A DNA stretch of 36,854 nt, from the NCBI GenBank assembly GCA_044377255.1, contig JBILJL010000002.1, positions 1-36,854 on the forward strand, written 5' to 3'. This document shows, one piece after another, positions 35,416 to 36,854 of this stretch. The translations under genes were made by a program, and so were the position numbers. Within the stretch, counting starts at the first letter, position 1, and every line of letters begins with the position of its first letter. This DNA comes from Bacteroidia bacterium. GTDB lineage: Bacteria > Bacteroidota > Bacteroidia > UKL13-3. The notes beneath the pieces are model-generated. The model ran no database searches and was not told the DNA's origin. It was given only the letters and a program-made list of their open reading frames with translations.

Positions 35416-36543
35416 TTAATATTTACTCAAAATTTCCTGGTAAAATGCTTCATATATCGGAACAATCTGATGTATATCGAATTCTTTCGCCCTTTCCAAA
35501 GCATTGTATTTAAATAGCTTCAACCTAATCGGATCTTCTAAAATATAGATAGCCTTTTCTGCCATACTTGCCACATCGCCTACATCGCACAAAAAACCTG
35601 TTTTACCATCCATATTTAACTCTGGTATCCCGCCTGCATTACTTGAAATTACAGGCAACTCACAGGCCATTGCTTCTAGGGCAGCTAAACCGAAACTCTC
35701 AGTTTCGCTTGGCATTAAAAACAAATCACAAACCGATAATATTTCTTCTACCTGATTTTGTTTTCCTAAGAAAGTAACACTTTCACCTAAGTCCAATTCT
35801 CGGCACAATTTTTCAATATTAATACGCTCCGGACCATCGCCAATTAACAATAATTTGGCTGGCATTTTCTTCTTAATCTCTGCAAAAACTTTTACTACAT
35901 CATCAATGCGTTTTACTTTCCTAAAATTAGAGGTATGCACTACTAACATCTCACCATTGGGTGCAATGGCCGTTTTAAAATGCCCGCGATCTTGCTTGCT
36001 AAACCTAGTAAAATCAATGAAGTTGGGGATAACCAATATTTCTCGGCATATATTTAATATGTTAAAAGTATCTTTCTTCAATGATTTAGAAACGGTTGTT
36101 ACTCCGTCGCTCATATTGATGCTGTACCTCACTACAGGCTCAAAACTGGCATCTTTGCCAACTAAGGTAATATCTGTTCCATGAAGCGTGGTAATAACTG
36201 GTATATAAATGCCCTCGGTTGCTAATATTTGCTTAGCTAAAATAGCAGCACTAGCATGCGGTATGGCATAATGTACATGCAATAAATCTAGTTTAGCAGA
36301 TTTTACCACATCTACTAAATGACTAGTTAATGCTGTTTCGTAAGGCGGAAAATCAAATAAAGGATAGTTACTTACATATACTTCATGGTAAAAAGTATTC
36401 TCAGTAAAAAAATCTAATCTCGCAGGTTGCTTATAGGTTATAAAATGTACTTTATGACCTCTTAAAGCTAAGGCTTTTCCTAATTCTGTTGCCACCACAC
36501 CGCTACCACCGTAGGTTGGGTAACAAACAATTCCTATATTCAT
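35416..36543 (-). CDS. bshA: N-acetyl-alpha-D-glucosaminyl L-malate synthase (GT4 glycosyltransferase)
   Basis: [37 protein letters not shown] and the GT4 E-x7-E region [17 protein letters not shown] match the characteristic BshA N-terminus. Confidence 0.85.
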   Translation of the reverse strand: MNIGIVCYPTYGGSGVVATELGKALALRGHKVHFITYKQPARLDFFTENTFYHEVYVSNYPLFDFPPYETALTSHLVDVVKSAKLDLLHVHYAIPHASAAILAKQILATEGIYIPVITTLHGTDITLVGKDASFEPVVRYSINMSDGVTTVSKSLKKDTFNILNICREILVIPNFIDFTRFSKQDRGHFKTAIAPNGEMLVVHTSNFRKVKRIDDVVKVFAEIKKKMPAKLLLIGDGPERINIEKLCRELDLGESVTFLGKQNQVEEILSVCDLFLMPSETESFGLAALEAMACELPVISSNAGGIPELNMDGKTGFLCDVGDVASMAEKAIYILEDPIRLKLFKYNALERAKEFDIHQIVPIYEAFYQEILSKY

Positions 36544-36637
36544 ATTTAGTTTGTCTTCTTATGCTGATTTATAAAAAATCATTTTCACAATTTCAATCGT
36601 ATCAATTATATTCTAATTGCTACCTACTTTTTAAAAC

Positions 36638-36658
36638 AACCATTTTTGCTTAATGGTT
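36638..36658 (-). terminator. Candidate terminator hairpin downstream of the partial NHL-like gene
   Basis: The 7-bp stem aaccatt/aatggtt encloses a 7-nt loop and has T/A-rich flanks. It lies between stop 36677 and the bshA start region. Confidence 0.35.
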
Positions 36659-36676
36659 TTAATTTTTGGTTCGAAC

Positions 36677-36853
36677 CTATTGTAAGTCGGTATTTAAACG
36701 GTACCTGCAAACGCGGTTATTACCTTTATCACAAACAAATATATTTCTATTGTAGTAACAAATACCTGTTGGGTCTATTAAATTAAATGGCCCACTACCT
36801 TTACCATCGGAACCACTGCCACCAAATGAAACAATAATTTGTTTTTTATAATT
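36677..36853 (-). CDS. 3' end of an NHL-repeat-like beta-propeller protein (5'-partial; runs off the window)
   Basis: This frame is not in the track because it has no start within the window. The minus frame reads NYKKQIIVSFGGSGSDGKGSGPFNLIDPTGICYYNRNIFVCDKGNNRVCRYRLNTDLQ then a stop. It has the NHL-like pattern G.G.G.F..P.GI.....NIFV.D..NNRV..Y. Confidence 0.45.
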   Translation of the reverse strand, partial: NYKKQIIVSFGGSGSDGKGSGPFNLIDPTGICYYNRNIFVCDKGNNRVCRYRLNTDLQ

Positions 36854-36854
36854 G

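Noticed and set aside
1431-36184. Many 60-150-aa ORFs in the track. They are 1431-1694, 6087-6329, 6187-6381, 8221-8421, 8610-8807, 8823-9089, 10303-10491, 11625-11888, 12687-12884, 13688-13876, 15312-15557, 15756-15941, 16305-16589, 17744-18021, 18196-18631, 18781-18972, 19468-19653, 20510-20984, 21566-22571, 24581-24781, 25369-25620, 28564-29320, 33555-33761, 34234-34470 and 35568-36184.
   Set aside because: All lie antisense to, or out of frame within, longer ORFs that carry clear family motifs. Their sequences are low-complexity or Cys/His/Arg-rich, as is typical of shadow frames. None has a recognisable domain.
36660-36680. tRNA T-arm-like ggttcgaacc
   Set aside because: The surrounding ~90 nt are AT-rich and lack acceptor, D and anticodon stems. 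The motif overlaps the stop region of the NHL-like CDS. I found no tRNA elsewhere in the window by eye.
1-36854. Prophage, integrative element or defence island
   Set aside because: I recognised no integrase, transposase, recombinase, phage structural, restriction-modification or cas genes. The only defence-like module is the single PIN toxin-antitoxin pair.

Overview
This is a chromosomal segment of a low-GC Bacteroidota genome. The lineage call rests on several type-A T9SS C-terminal sorting domains, the DUF4468, DUF4834 and DUF5686 families, BshA, the eukaryote-like kynurenine pathway, and TAnnTTTG-like -7 boxes. I support about 36 real CDS; most other track ORFs are antisense or overlapping shadows. 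Housekeeping genes include xth, msrB, menB, menD, a split transketolase, a cyclophilin, kmo, kynU, purK and bshA. They are interspersed with secreted or membrane proteins of unknown function. I saw no rRNA, tRNA, CRISPR array, transposase or integrase. The most unusual content is as follows. (1) An AT-rich island at 1-7.3 kb holds paralogous T9SS cargo genes. It contains a perfect 127-nt repeat whose identity collapses exactly at the sorting-domain boundary, and an orphan sorting-domain fragment. (2) A very tight minus-strand operon has a secreted VWA protein sitting between the two transketolase halves, followed by a secreted haem-binding-domain protein. (3) A second AT-rich islet encodes a TM2 protein, an unknown secreted protein and a DUF2752 protein. 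(4) Two structured, repeat-rich intergenic regions bracket kynU and a DUF1801 gene. One holds a 24-bp-arm inverted repeat. The other holds a G-poor tract with 8-nt periodicity. A third, short repeat supplies the kynU stop codon. (5) A SET-domain protein and a cytochrome-b5-like protein flank xth. All homology calls come from motif recognition by eye; no searches were run. Start codons were chosen by inspection and several remain ambiguous.
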